Source: an uncultured Gammaproteobacteria bacterium (lineage in GTDB: Bacteria; Patescibacteriota; Microgenomatia; UBA12405). From it: DNA of 47,697 nt. Positions 17,627 to 27,352 of the stretch are shown here, piece by piece (the first letter of the stretch is position 1; each line of letters opens with the position of its first letter). The translations under genes were made by a program, and so were the position numbers. The stretch spans positions 1 to 47,697 of the forward strand of contig CAYXLS010000001.1 of the NCBI GenBank assembly GCA_964464785.1, in the 5' to 3' direction. The notes under the pieces are model-generated. The model did no database searches. It was not told where the DNA came from and worked only from the letters and a program-made list of their open reading frames with translations.

Positions 17627-18424
17627 GCCTGTATTAACTCTCATTTCTAATTCAGGATCATAGACCCATTTTCTTTTATTTTTATCATCGTAGTAATGAA
17701 GTATCCTAAGTCGGTAAAATACAGCAAGGGCATCAATTAAACATTGCCAGACGACTTTAAATCCAGTGGCGTGAGTTAGACTAGAAAAGTCATAAGTTAG
17801 TTTTATGGGTGATTCATAAATGTTTCTAAAGCCTAGATGGTTTGCCACGGATAACATTTCTAGGTCAAAAGCATAATTTTTTATAAGAAGACGAGGTAGG
17901 ACTTTGGTTAATACTTGTCTTTTAAAAATTTTAAGACCAGCTTGGGTGTCATAGATATTAATGCCTAATAAAAATCTAGCAATTAAATGCCCGCCAAAAC
18001 TAATTATCTTTCTATCTAGGGGGTAGTTTACTTTTGAGGCGGGATGTCGTTTTGAGCCAACAATAATATCGGCGTTATACCACTCCATGTGCTCTAGAAT
18101 CATCGAAATACCATTTGGTTCTATTTCCATCCCAGAATCGATAAAAGCAATATAATCCCCTTTTGTTTTGGCCATACCGTAACGGATGGCATAGCCTTTG
18201 CCGTGATTATTTTGATAACCAAAAACTTTTAGATTTTTTAATTTTAATTTTTTAATTAACTTATATGATTTATCGACATTGATACCATCGACAACGGCAA
18301 TGATTTCAAAGTCATATCGAACTTGTTCAAGTGAATGATAAATATTAGTAATGTCGTTTAAAATAGTTTTTTCTTGTTTGTAGACCGGGATAATAACAGA
18401 TAAGAAATGGGTGTTATTTTTCAT
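17621..18424 (-). CDS. Polyprenyl-phosphate glycosyltransferase (DPM1 / ALG5 / GtrB-CsbB-like GT2)
   Basis: 267 aa. LSVIIPVYKQEKT, NHGKGYAIRYGMAKTKGDYIAFIDSGMEIEP, DTQAGLKIFKR and FDLEML. These match the signature blocks of dolichyl/undecaprenyl-phosphate sugar synthases. Confidence 0.6.
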   Translation of the reverse strand: MKNNTHFLSVIIPVYKQEKTILNDITNIYHSLEQVRYDFEIIAVVDGINVDKSYKLIKKLKLKNLKVFGYQNNHGKGYAIRYGMAKTKGDYIAFIDSGMEIEPNGISMILEHMEWYNADIIVGSKRHPASKVNYPLDRKIISFGGHLIARFLLGINIYDTQAGLKIFKRQVLTKVLPRLLIKNYAFDLEMLSVANHLGFRNIYESPIKLTYDFSSLTHATGFKVVWQCLIDALAVFYRLRILHYYDDKNKRKWVYDPELEMRVNTGL

Positions 18425-19505
18425 TTGACAGAATTTTACTATAGACTGAAAGGGTTTGTCTGGCAGTGAATTTCCAATTAAAATTTTTCGATCTTTTTAT
18501 TCCCAAAGAGCGTTGGTTATCTTTTAATTTAGAATCGTTCCAATATTTTTTTAAGATTTCGGATATATGACTAACTGATCGGGGATTAAAACTTAAACCT
18601 ACATTTTCCATAATTTCGGGTAAACATGTGTCTTGACTGAAGGCTATGGGAGTACCTGATTGCATAGCTTGAACAAGAGGTAAACCAAAGCCTTCAGCAA
18701 AAGATGGCTGGCAATAGACGGTTGATAAATTATAAATTAAAGGAAGATCATTATCAGGAACAAAACCAGTTAGTATTAAAGCATTAGAATGTTTATACTT
18801 TTGAGCTTTGGCTTGAAGCCAACGTAAATCTTTTGTCCAAGGATGAATAGGAATGTCTTTTTTGACTGCTGTAGAACCAACAATCACTAAAGGATATTTA
18901 TTTTTTAAACAGGCTTTTACTAGGTTTGGAATGTTTTTGTTCCAATTTATATCACCAACATATAAAATAAATTTATTAGGTAATTTATATTTATTTTTGA
19001 TTTCTTCTAATTTTTTTGGATCGATATTTATTTTGAAACTATTGTCGGCAGCTAAATAGGTTACAGTTATTTTTGACAGAGGGAATTTTGTCAGTTGATG
19101 GATAATGTTTTTTGAATAATTGGAAACAGTAATAATTTGGGAAACTTTTTTTAATTTATTTTTTTGAATAAACCATTTTATTTCACCTTTTATACCCACT
19201 GGAAAATGAGATTTAAATTGACGAGGAATTAGATCATGAACAGTAATTACTGTAGGGGTGTTTTTGTTTGATAGGAGAGTAAGTTTGAAGGGATCGAAAT
19301 AAGGATAATGAATTAAGTTATAATTTCTAATATCTAAAGTAGAATTTTTGATTAAATCAATAGACAAGTCCTTGTAATTAGGATTGATATTGATTTCTTG
19401 ATGTAAAGCATCAACTAAATTTTTAGTATAGTAACCAATTCCCCTAACTGAATTAGCATCTTCTGTTGGAGAAATATCAATGGCTATTTTAATTTTTTTG
19501 GTCAT
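18414..19505 (-). CDS. GT-B fold glycosyltransferase, family 4 type
   Basis: 363 aa. C-terminal QPSFAEGFGLPLVQAMQSGTP. The usual EX7E reads EX7Q here. Confidence 0.7.
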   Translation of the reverse strand: MTKKIKIAIDISPTEDANSVRGIGYYTKNLVDALHQEININPNYKDLSIDLIKNSTLDIRNYNLIHYPYFDPFKLTLLSNKNTPTVITVHDLIPRQFKSHFPVGIKGEIKWFIQKNKLKKVSQIITVSNYSKNIIHQLTKFPLSKITVTYLAADNSFKINIDPKKLEEIKNKYKLPNKFILYVGDINWNKNIPNLVKACLKNKYPLVIVGSTAVKKDIPIHPWTKDLRWLQAKAQKYKHSNALILTGFVPDNDLPLIYNLSTVYCQPSFAEGFGLPLVQAMQSGTPIAFSQDTCLPEIMENVGLSFNPRSVSHISEILKKYWNDSKLKDNQRSLGIKRSKNFNWKFTARQTLSVYSKILSNEK

Positions 19506-20326
19506 TTTTTGTCCCAGTCTTGGGATAAATTTATATCTCGTTTAGTTTTAGATAATTCATAATATTTAGTATAAGCAATGGGATATCTAAGGGCTGAGAA
19601 AAAAGAGAAAACAAAACCAGAAAAACCATCAACATAGCCACGATGACGAAAAAATGTTTTGAAAAACCACCAACATGGCTTAAAAACATAATAATTTACT
19701 CCGCTTAAAAAATTAATTTTTACATTTTTTTCCTTTAATTCTTGAGACAATAAGGTTGTATAGCGATTAGCTCGAAGTAAATATAAAGAAAAAGAGGTAT
19801 CGGCATAATGCTCAAAATCATTTTTGAGATAACCTATTTTCCCATCAACTTTGGCTTGTTCGTGAACATCTTTACAAGGCAAATATCCTTTGTCTTTTTT
19901 GTATAAACGAATAGTGTAGTCTGGATATTGTCCACCTTTGGTAAGGAAACTACCTAAAAAATAATTTTTTCTGGGAATCCAATAACCGTTTTCTAAAATT
20001 GAACTGGGATCTTTTTCTAAAATTGAAACAATTTCTTTTTTAAGATTGGCAGTGACTATTTCGTCAGCATCAAGTTGGAGAATCCAATCAGATTTACATG
20101 CATCAATCCCCATTTGTTTATTGATATGGAACATGGGTTTGTTGGTAGTCGAGATAACTTTAGCTTGTTTAAATTTTTCAACTAATTTGGCTGTGTTATC
20201 TTGTGATTGACCATCGACAACGATAATCTCATTGGCGATATCTTTTATCGCCTCAAGACAACGAACAATATTTTTCGACTCATTGTAGGTTGCCAAAGTA
20301 ACCGAAAGTGTTGATTTATTTTTCAT
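19502..20326 (-). CDS. Family 2 glycosyltransferase (COG0463, WaaE/KdtX-like small GT2)
   Basis: 274 aa. LSVTLATYNESKNI, VVDGQSQDNT and LQLDADE. C-terminal block WIPRKNYFLGSFLTKGGQYPDYTIRLY is shared with the GT2s at 38752 and 40455. Confidence 0.75.
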   Translation of the reverse strand: MKNKSTLSVTLATYNESKNIVRCLEAIKDIANEIIVVDGQSQDNTAKLVEKFKQAKVISTTNKPMFHINKQMGIDACKSDWILQLDADEIVTANLKKEIVSILEKDPSSILENGYWIPRKNYFLGSFLTKGGQYPDYTIRLYKKDKGYLPCKDVHEQAKVDGKIGYLKNDFEHYADTSFSLYLLRANRYTTLLSQELKEKNVKINFLSGVNYYVFKPCWWFFKTFFRHRGYVDGFSGFVFSFFSALRYPIAYTKYYELSKTKRDINLSQDWDKK

Positions 20327-21935
20327 AAATTTTAAAGGCTGCTGTTTGATTTGAAAAATTAATAATATTTATGGGATTTGAAGGAATTTTTTCATCAGAA
20401 GCTACTATTAATGAATTGCTGGGAATGTTGTCCCAATCAATTTTACCAAAATGATAATTATCATAGCTATTAACAGTAGAAAAACCAAATTTGTCTGGTT
20501 GGGTTAATTTGATTTGTGATTGAATAAGTTTTGGATTGTAATGAGAATAGAATAAAAAAAGGATGTAAGGTTGGTCGTATTTATTGGTAATATAAATATT
20601 GTCATAGTCAAATTTTTTTGATTCCACATATGGTACTAATTGGTCAAATTGATATTGCCAAGCAAATGGATAACGTTTGGCATAATGAAAGAAATAACTA
20701 TCGAGATAATAAGCAACAAAGTAAAAGTATAAAACTAAAAATAAAATGGATACAAGATTTATGATTCTAGATTTATGAATAAGACTAAATAACCAATAAA
20801 TTCCACAGGAAATTAAAATTGAAAGAGGAATAACCATTGATAGAGATCGAAGAGCAGATGGGGCTTGGAAAGTTAGAGATGAAGCAATTGGTGATATTAA
20901 TAGAAATAATATAATAAAGATTTTAAATTTACGATTAATGATTAAAGATTTAAGAATAAAAATAAGACCTAAAATTAAAAGTGGTATTTCGATTAGGTGA
21001 ATTTGTCCCATTTCAGGTACTTTTGAACGAGGAACCTCATCTCCATTGATAGACAGAAAATTTAAATCAAAATGAGATGAATAATTATCGGCCCAGGAAA
21101 TAAGATAAAGAATTCTTTTATTATGCATTATGCGGTTTATTAGCTTGATATTGTTGTGATGATTTATAAGTTCATTAGCACGATTGATTGGACCCATATC
21201 AGCGGACAAACCCACTCCTCCAAGACGAGTAGTACCACCGTTATTTAAAAATGAAAATAATACTGGGAGTAAAAGTAAAATTCCAAGAATAATTGGAATA
21301 ATTAGTTGGGGTAATTTTTTAATTAAAAATTTAGAATATAAAATAAAAAGACTTAAAGCTAGCAACGGAGCTATCAGACGAGCTGAATGATATATATAGA
21401 GAGAAAGTATGAAGTTTAGTATGAAAAGGGAAAAATTAAATAAAAATTTTTGTTTGATTGATTTAAAGAAAAAATAAGAACCGATGACAATAAAAGATAG
21501 TGCAGCCGATGATTCCCAAGCACCACGACTAAAATGAATATGCCATGGTGATAATGATAGTACTATAGAGCTATAGAGTCCTAGTGTATTGGATTTTGTC
21601 AAAAGAAATATCAATTTATATAAAAAAATAATTGTTAATATTGATAGAATGAGATTAGGTAAGCGAACGGAAAGAGGATTTAATCCTAAAAATTTTATAA
21701 AAGGAAGGGCTAAATAGACATAACCACCAGGTTTATAATCCCCAAAAGATTTAAAATGGAGAGGCCAAGAAACACCATGTTCATCTTTGCCAGTAAGTAA
21801 TAAAGAATATGCATTGTATCCGAGAGAAGCTTCGTCTGGGTTTAAGGCAGGGGTGTTGCTTAAATCGATAAATCGAATTAGAAAAGCAAAAAAAATTATT
21901 ATTGGTAGAAATATTTTATGGATTTTCATAAGCAT
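20316..21935 (-). CDS. GT-C fold membrane glycosyltransferase, ArnT/PMT (GT39/GT83, COG1807) type, paralog 7
   Basis: 539 aa. NPDEASLGYNAYSLLLTGKDEHG, FKSFGDYKPGGYVY, SVRLPN and SPWHIHFSRGAWE. Many TM helices and a C-terminal soluble roughly 130 aa. Confidence 0.75.
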   Translation of the reverse strand: MLMKIHKIFLPIIIFFAFLIRFIDLSNTPALNPDEASLGYNAYSLLLTGKDEHGVSWPLHFKSFGDYKPGGYVYLALPFIKFLGLNPLSVRLPNLILSILTIIFLYKLIFLLTKSNTLGLYSSIVLSLSPWHIHFSRGAWESSAALSFIVIGSYFFFKSIKQKFLFNFSLFILNFILSLYIYHSARLIAPLLALSLFILYSKFLIKKLPQLIIPIILGILLLLPVLFSFLNNGGTTRLGGVGLSADMGPINRANELINHHNNIKLINRIMHNKRILYLISWADNYSSHFDLNFLSINGDEVPRSKVPEMGQIHLIEIPLLILGLIFILKSLIINRKFKIFIILFLLISPIASSLTFQAPSALRSLSMVIPLSILISCGIYWLFSLIHKSRIINLVSILFLVLYFYFVAYYLDSYFFHYAKRYPFAWQYQFDQLVPYVESKKFDYDNIYITNKYDQPYILFLFYSHYNPKLIQSQIKLTQPDKFGFSTVNSYDNYHFGKIDWDNIPSNSLIVASDEKIPSNPINIINFSNQTAAFKIYEK

Positions 21936-23568
21936 AGAATGTAGAAATATTACTTATTGGGCTAAGAAGAAAAAATTGATTAAATTCTGGTTTTTTGTCA
22001 ATAGCTTGACGATAAATTTCTTCTTGAGAAAAAATACCAAGAGAACCTGGATTATTTTTAATATATTCAAAACTTGGTGTAGAAAATTTTATTTTATCGA
22101 TTGACTCGACATTCCCAATATCAATTGAGTTATTTGTAAGTTTTGCTTGTTTTTGATAAATACTTGGAGAATATTTCGAATAAAATAAGTAATAAATGTA
22201 TGGTTGACCATAGAAATTTGTGAAAGTAATATTTTCAAATTTATTTTGGTTTTCTATTAAATATTTTATTGAAGACTTATATCCATATAAAAGATCATAG
22301 GGATTTTTTTTGGTAGTATGATTTAAGTATAAATCGGAATAATAAATAAAAGAAAATATATAAAGCAAAAAAAAGACAATATATAAAATTAAATTTTTAA
22401 ATTTAGTAAAAAATAAATATATACCCAAAGAAATAAAATATATCAAGGGAATTGAAAAAGACATCGATCTAACCGCGTGGACTGAATCACGAGTAAGTGC
22501 AGAAGGGATAGGGGCAACTAATAACCATAATAAAAAGAAAATATTTAATTTATCAATTTTTGGTTGACTAAGTGATCTAAATAAGCCAATTATAAAAAAA
22601 ATAAGACTAGGATATAAAATTACTCCTATGTAAGGAGCTGAATGCCGTGGGTTTTGCCAATCACCATCAAAAATTAAAAAACGAGGTGAAAAATGGTTAA
22701 AATAACGGGTTAAAAAATTTCTAACAAAAAATATGAATCGATTGTGAAAAATATTATAATCTAACTTATTTGTTTCACTTATTATTGTTTGAGTTTCTTG
22801 ACTGGAACGAGGATAGGAAAATAAGCTAACAACTTTAAGTCGATTTGAATTATTTTGGAATAATAGTCCATAAATAATTGGAATGGTAAATAGCCCAAGT
22901 GGAATTATAAAATTGAAAAATATTTGGGTATAGTTAATTTTTTTAAAATTAACAAAGAATAAAATAATTATTAAAAATAAACTAATCATTTTACCTGCTT
23001 GATAGGTATATAAAGACAAACCAAAAATTAAAGAAGAATAAAATATGTATTTACTTTTATGAAAATTTATATATTTAAAAAATAATAAAGCGGCGGCGAC
23101 TAATTCAAAAGTCAAAATATTAGCCTCCCAGGCTCCTCGACTAAAATGGATATTATAAGGATTGATAGCCATAATAAGGCTAGAAATTATTGCAGTTTTA
23201 TGGGCTTTGGGATTAATTTCTTTGATAAGAAAATAAAGAATTATAGGTAAAAGTGAACCTAAGATTATGGATGGAAAACGAACTGAAAATTCTGAAAGTC
23301 CAAAAAGATAGACAAATGGTATGGTTAAATATACATAAAATCCGGGTTTATAATCACCGAATGATTTAAAGATTATGGGGAAAAAAGTTCCATATTCATC
23401 TTTGCTTGTTTTTAAAATAGAATAAGCATTGTAGCCAAGAGCCGCCTCGTCCCAAAGTAATGGTATAGTTTGAATGTAAAGGGATCTAATTAAAAAACTT
23501 AAGATGAAAATAGAAAACAAAATTATTAATATTTTATTCTTTAACATTTTTAGGTATGGTTTCAACAA
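21916..23568 (-). CDS. GT-C fold membrane glycosyltransferase, ArnT/PMT type, paralog 6
   Basis: 550 aa. LWDEAALGYNAYSILKTSKDEYG, FKSFGDYKPGFYVY, SVRFPS and NPYNIHFSRGAWE. Confidence 0.75.
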   Translation of the reverse strand: MLKPYLKMLKNKILIILFSIFILSFLIRSLYIQTIPLLWDEAALGYNAYSILKTSKDEYGTFFPIIFKSFGDYKPGFYVYLTIPFVYLFGLSEFSVRFPSIILGSLLPIILYFLIKEINPKAHKTAIISSLIMAINPYNIHFSRGAWEANILTFELVAAALLFFKYINFHKSKYIFYSSLIFGLSLYTYQAGKMISLFLIIILFFVNFKKINYTQIFFNFIIPLGLFTIPIIYGLLFQNNSNRLKVVSLFSYPRSSQETQTIISETNKLDYNIFHNRFIFFVRNFLTRYFNHFSPRFLIFDGDWQNPRHSAPYIGVILYPSLIFFIIGLFRSLSQPKIDKLNIFFLLWLLVAPIPSALTRDSVHAVRSMSFSIPLIYFISLGIYLFFTKFKNLILYIVFFLLYIFSFIYYSDLYLNHTTKKNPYDLLYGYKSSIKYLIENQNKFENITFTNFYGQPYIYYLFYSKYSPSIYQKQAKLTNNSIDIGNVESIDKIKFSTPSFEYIKNNPGSLGIFSQEEIYRQAIDKKPEFNQFFLLSPISNISTFYAYENP

Positions 23569-25150
23569 ATAAGAATCCTGTTTTACCGTTTAAAAAGTCT
23601 ATTTTTTTTATTATTTGATTTTCTGGAATCTTGGTGTCTAAAAAGTCCCAAGGAGCAGCAATTAAAAGTCGATTAGGTTTTTCTGAATCGACCGACCAGG
23701 TAATTCGATGAAATGAAATTTTATCAATATTTCGAGTTTGATAATATGTTTTTGGATCAGATTGACAATAAAATAAAACATAAAGATAAGGTAACCCAGT
23801 ATTAAGGGGACCATAACTTCCAAAAGTTTCTGAAATTATAATTTCGTCATATTTATCTTTATGTTCACAAGCAAATTGGGCAATTTGCTTGTAACCATAT
23901 TGCCAATATTCTGAAAAATGTTTTGGGGATTGATATTTATATATATCAATAAAATAGATGATATTAATAAATAATAAAAGATAATAAACAAAAAATATTA
24001 TTTTTTTAAATTTAGATTTTGTTATAAATTCAAATCCATGTGCAATTATTAAGGCAAGTGCTGGTATCCAAACTAAGGCACGAAGTGGGTGTTGTTCGTT
24101 CATAGCAAAAGAAGCCGGTAGAGGTCCTAAAATTAACCAAATTAAAGTAATTTTAGAAAGATAGTAACTATTCTTTTTGAATAAATAGTAAATACCAATG
24201 AAAAATAATGGCAAATCAATAAAATACAATAGACCAACTCCTGGGTAACCTGGTTGAGTAAATTGCATACCATTCCAAAATATAAATTCAAAGTTAAAAT
24301 AATTTAGATATTTGCTTAGCCAATGTCGAAAAATGATATAGGCATCGTTATCAAATATAAATTCTTGAATATTTTGATAATTTCCATGATGAAGAGCTGA
24401 AATCAGAGTTGTTTCTCGAAAAATTGAAGTGACAGTGGCTCGAGTTTTTATGGCAGGTGTAAAAAATGATAATTTTAGAAATGGAACTGTGAAGATAGCT
24501 AAAACCAATAATGCCCAACATAGTTGTTTTTTGGTTTTATATAGATTTATTTTTGATCCATATAAAATAATCAAAGTTACTACAAAGATAGGGACAAGCA
24601 ATCGTTCGGCGTGATATGACCACACAGATAAACTAAAGGCAACGACTGAACTTATTAGTGTTGCTAATTTATTTTTTTCAACCCAGGAAATAAATAAATA
24701 GGTACCAAGGATTAAAAAAAATAAAGCGGTAACAGCTTCGAAACTCGCCCTGGAGAAATGAATATGCCAAGGTAAAATGCTTAGCCAGAGACCAGTAAGG
24801 TAAGATGCAGTTGGTTTAATTTTTAATTTTAATAGTAGTAAGACAATAAAAATTATAGTAAGTGATCCGATAAGAGCAGATGGTAATCTAGTGGCAAATT
24901 CAGTAAGTCCAAAAATTGCAATAAAAGGAACAGTAAGGTAGACGTTTACTGGTGGTTTATAATCCCCTACTGATTTGAAAGCTAAAGGAAGAAACTCTCC
25001 CCACTCATCACGTCCAGTTTTTAGAATTGAATAAGCATTGTAACCAATAGCAGTTTCATCCATCGATAGGCTTACTGGATATTTAGTTAATTGATAGAAT
25101 CGAAAGACTATTCCGATGATAAAAAGTAGAAGTAATAATTTTTTTTTCAT
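23534..25150 (-). CDS. GT-C fold membrane glycosyltransferase, ArnT/PMT type, paralog 5
   Basis: 538 aa. SMDETAIGYNAYSILKTGRDEWG, FKSVGDYKPPVNVY, ATRLPS and LPWHIHFSRASFE. Confidence 0.75.
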   Translation of the reverse strand: MKKKLLLLLFIIGIVFRFYQLTKYPVSLSMDETAIGYNAYSILKTGRDEWGEFLPLAFKSVGDYKPPVNVYLTVPFIAIFGLTEFATRLPSALIGSLTIIFIVLLLLKLKIKPTASYLTGLWLSILPWHIHFSRASFEAVTALFFLILGTYLFISWVEKNKLATLISSVVAFSLSVWSYHAERLLVPIFVVTLIILYGSKINLYKTKKQLCWALLVLAIFTVPFLKLSFFTPAIKTRATVTSIFRETTLISALHHGNYQNIQEFIFDNDAYIIFRHWLSKYLNYFNFEFIFWNGMQFTQPGYPGVGLLYFIDLPLFFIGIYYLFKKNSYYLSKITLIWLILGPLPASFAMNEQHPLRALVWIPALALIIAHGFEFITKSKFKKIIFFVYYLLLFINIIYFIDIYKYQSPKHFSEYWQYGYKQIAQFACEHKDKYDEIIISETFGSYGPLNTGLPYLYVLFYCQSDPKTYYQTRNIDKISFHRITWSVDSEKPNRLLIAAPWDFLDTKIPENQIIKKIDFLNGKTGFLFVETIPKNVKE

Positions 25151-25764
25151 AGTCTAGTTATTAGAAAAACTCTTAAAAAAAGATAGAGGGAATAAATAGA
25201 AAAAATTAACAAAAATATTTTTTTATTTTTTGGTTTCCAAAAAGATATTTCATAAGCACTGCAGTATAAATAAAATAATGCAGTAGGAAAAAGAAAATAT
25301 AAATTGTATTGGCCAGAAATATATCCAAGTAATACCGATAATAAGCCTATTAATAAGTATTTGAGTTTGTATTTAATTATTAATCTATATAAACCAATTA
25401 TTGTAACTGGTAATAATAAAATTGCGATTGGTTCGATTTTTGGAGGAGAATCTACTTGTCCAGTACCTGATTGGAAATAAAAACGAGGGTTTAGGTTATT
25501 TAAATAAATAATAGACTCGGAAACTAATAATTGAGATTTGTTATAAAAAAATCTACCCCAAAATGGTCGATTATCTTTGGTTACATCGTTCCAGCGAAAT
25601 TCATCAATATATTTTGTGTTTGTAAATATAGAGGTTACCTTTTTATTTATATATGAGGGAATCTTTTTATATTCAAATATTATTTTATTTTGATTTACCA
25701 AAAATTGCCACCAAAAAAATGGAGAAATCAAAAGTAATATTAAATAGATATTTTTAGTTTTCAT
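25147..25764 (-). CDS. Small membrane protein homologous only to the central loop-plus-helix region of the flanking GT-C paralogs (mini-paralog)
   Basis: 205 aa. N-terminal anchor helix, a roughly 90-aa loop, then 3-4 helices. IIYLNNLNPRFYFQSGTGQVDSPPKIEPIAILLLPVTIIGLYRLI aligns with FLTRYFNHFSPRFLIFDGDWQNPRHSAPYIGVILYPSLIFFIIGLFRSL of the 550-aa paralog. It lacks the DE-motif N-terminal third and the C-terminal soluble domain. Confidence 0.6.
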   Translation of the reverse strand: MKTKNIYLILLLISPFFWWQFLVNQNKIIFEYKKIPSYINKKVTSIFTNTKYIDEFRWNDVTKDNRPFWGRFFYNKSQLLVSESIIYLNNLNPRFYFQSGTGQVDSPPKIEPIAILLLPVTIIGLYRLIIKYKLKYLLIGLLSVLLGYISGQYNLYFLFPTALFYLYCSAYEISFWKPKNKKIFLLIFSIYSLYLFLRVFLITRL

Positions 25765-25765
25765 T

Positions 25766-27352
25766 TTAAATTTCTAAAATATCAAAAGCAGGTGTGTTGT
25801 CTAAAAATTTAATAGTATTAATTAAGTGATTCCCTTGATTGTAGTTGTTTGGAGAAGTAATTAAAAGGGTATTGTTTGTTGGATTGATATTTAAAATATA
25901 TTCTTTAATTTCCCAATCATTGACAAATTTAAATTTATCAAAACCATTAATCCAGTACCAATTGGCGTGAAAGTCCCAAATTTTATTAGAATCATTTTGA
26001 TATTTAGATGGATCCCAAGGCCAATAAAATAATAAAAATTCATGTGGTTCGCCGTATTTTTTGGTAACTATAAATTGATCATAATTTTGGTAATTTTTTT
26101 GAATAAAAGCAACCATATCTTGATATCCATATTGCCAGGACGATGAATATTGGGTGGCATATGATTTATAAGATGGCCAAAATAGTATTTGTCCAACTAT
26201 TAATACAAAAAAAACAAAGCAGGTAATAATTTTGGGGATTTTTTTATAAATAAAATTTATTCCAATTGTAATTAATATTACAATAACAGGTAAGATAGAG
26301 ATACTTCTAAGAACATGAGGGGCGTCTCTAGTAATACTTGAGGGTAGCGGTGCTATTAAGAGCCAAAATAGTAATATTTGATTATTTTTTTGCTGAATAT
26401 TTTTGATTAAGTAATATAAGCCAAAAATTGAGAAAGGTATAAAAAATGGTGATATTAAAAAGAAATTTGGAAGACTAAATTGATAATGAGATCCACCATT
26501 TAAAAATATAAAATTAGGAGTGAAATGACTTAAATAGTTTTTGGTGGCTGTATATGTAAAATAAGTAACTTTGTTGATTATTAATCTAGGGTAAGATTGT
26601 CTAAGTTCATTTATTTTGTTTATAGAACCTTGATCGAGTAAAGAAACCCATTGGTATCTTGCTTGACCTGATTGATTTAGTGTTTGGAAAACTGTTAATG
26701 CTGTCAAAAATATAAAAGGAATAAATTTGTAAAAGCTATTAAAAATTTTGACCTTATCTTTGACTAATAAATAAATAAGTAAAACAAAATAAAGAGGGAG
26801 TATAACTCGACTACTATTATAGGTGAATAATGTAACTCCATAAATAAAAGTACTTAAGGGATATTTTTTTTGAATTAGAAAATAAATACTAAGACAAAAT
26901 AATAATAGAAATAAATTTGCTTCAAGAGCTATTCTTGATAAAAATATAGTACCTGGAGAAAAGGAGATAATCGATGCTCCTAATAATGGTAACTTTAAAT
27001 TGTTTAAAAATATTTTTTTTAGTATTAGATAAACCACTAAAGGTATTAATGAACCAGCTAAAATAGAAACTAGGCGAACAGAAAAACTGTTTAGACCTAA
27101 TAATAAGACCGAAGGGACGGATAAATAAATATAAACAGGTAATTTGTAATCACCAAAACATCTAAAAATTGATGGCATAAAATTCCCCCATTCATCTCTC
27201 CCTGTTTTTAAGATGGAATATGCATTGTAGCCATGGGAAACTTCGTCCCAATTTAAACTTGGTGGAATTTTATCTAAATTAACAATCCTTAAAATAAAAG
27301 ATATTATTAAAATAATTATTAATAAATATTTGTCTTTTTTTAAAAAAATCAT
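25766..27352 (-). CDS. GT-C fold membrane glycosyltransferase, ArnT/PMT type, paralog 4
   Basis: 528 aa. NWDEVSHGYNAYSILKTGRDEWG, FRCFGDYKLPVYIY and SVRLVS. The SPW-HIH-SR block has diverged to SPGTIFLSR. Confidence 0.75.
   Translation of the reverse strand: MIFLKKDKYLLIIILIISFILRIVNLDKIPPSLNWDEVSHGYNAYSILKTGRDEWGNFMPSIFRCFGDYKLPVYIYLSVPSVLLLGLNSFSVRLVSILAGSLIPLVVYLILKKIFLNNLKLPLLGASIISFSPGTIFLSRIALEANLFLLLFCLSIYFLIQKKYPLSTFIYGVTLFTYNSSRVILPLYFVLLIYLLVKDKVKIFNSFYKFIPFIFLTALTVFQTLNQSGQARYQWVSLLDQGSINKINELRQSYPRLIINKVTYFTYTATKNYLSHFTPNFIFLNGGSHYQFSLPNFFLISPFFIPFSIFGLYYLIKNIQQKNNQILLFWLLIAPLPSSITRDAPHVLRSISILPVIVILITIGINFIYKKIPKIITCFVFFVLIVGQILFWPSYKSYATQYSSSWQYGYQDMVAFIQKNYQNYDQFIVTKKYGEPHEFLLFYWPWDPSKYQNDSNKIWDFHANWYWINGFDKFKFVNDWEIKEYILNINPTNNTLLITSPNNYNQGNHLINTIKFLDNTPAFDILEI

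Noticed and set aside
25139-25147. Homopolymer tracts as phase-variation switches. Examples are the 9-nt T run (A9 in the coding sense) right after the start codon of the GT-C gene at 25150, and similar runs near 1150-1160 and 12655-12663.
   Set aside because: They encode Lys runs that are common throughout this AT-rich, Lys-rich sequence. The tracts are short, and nothing suggests on/off frames. Without population or read data this is expected background.
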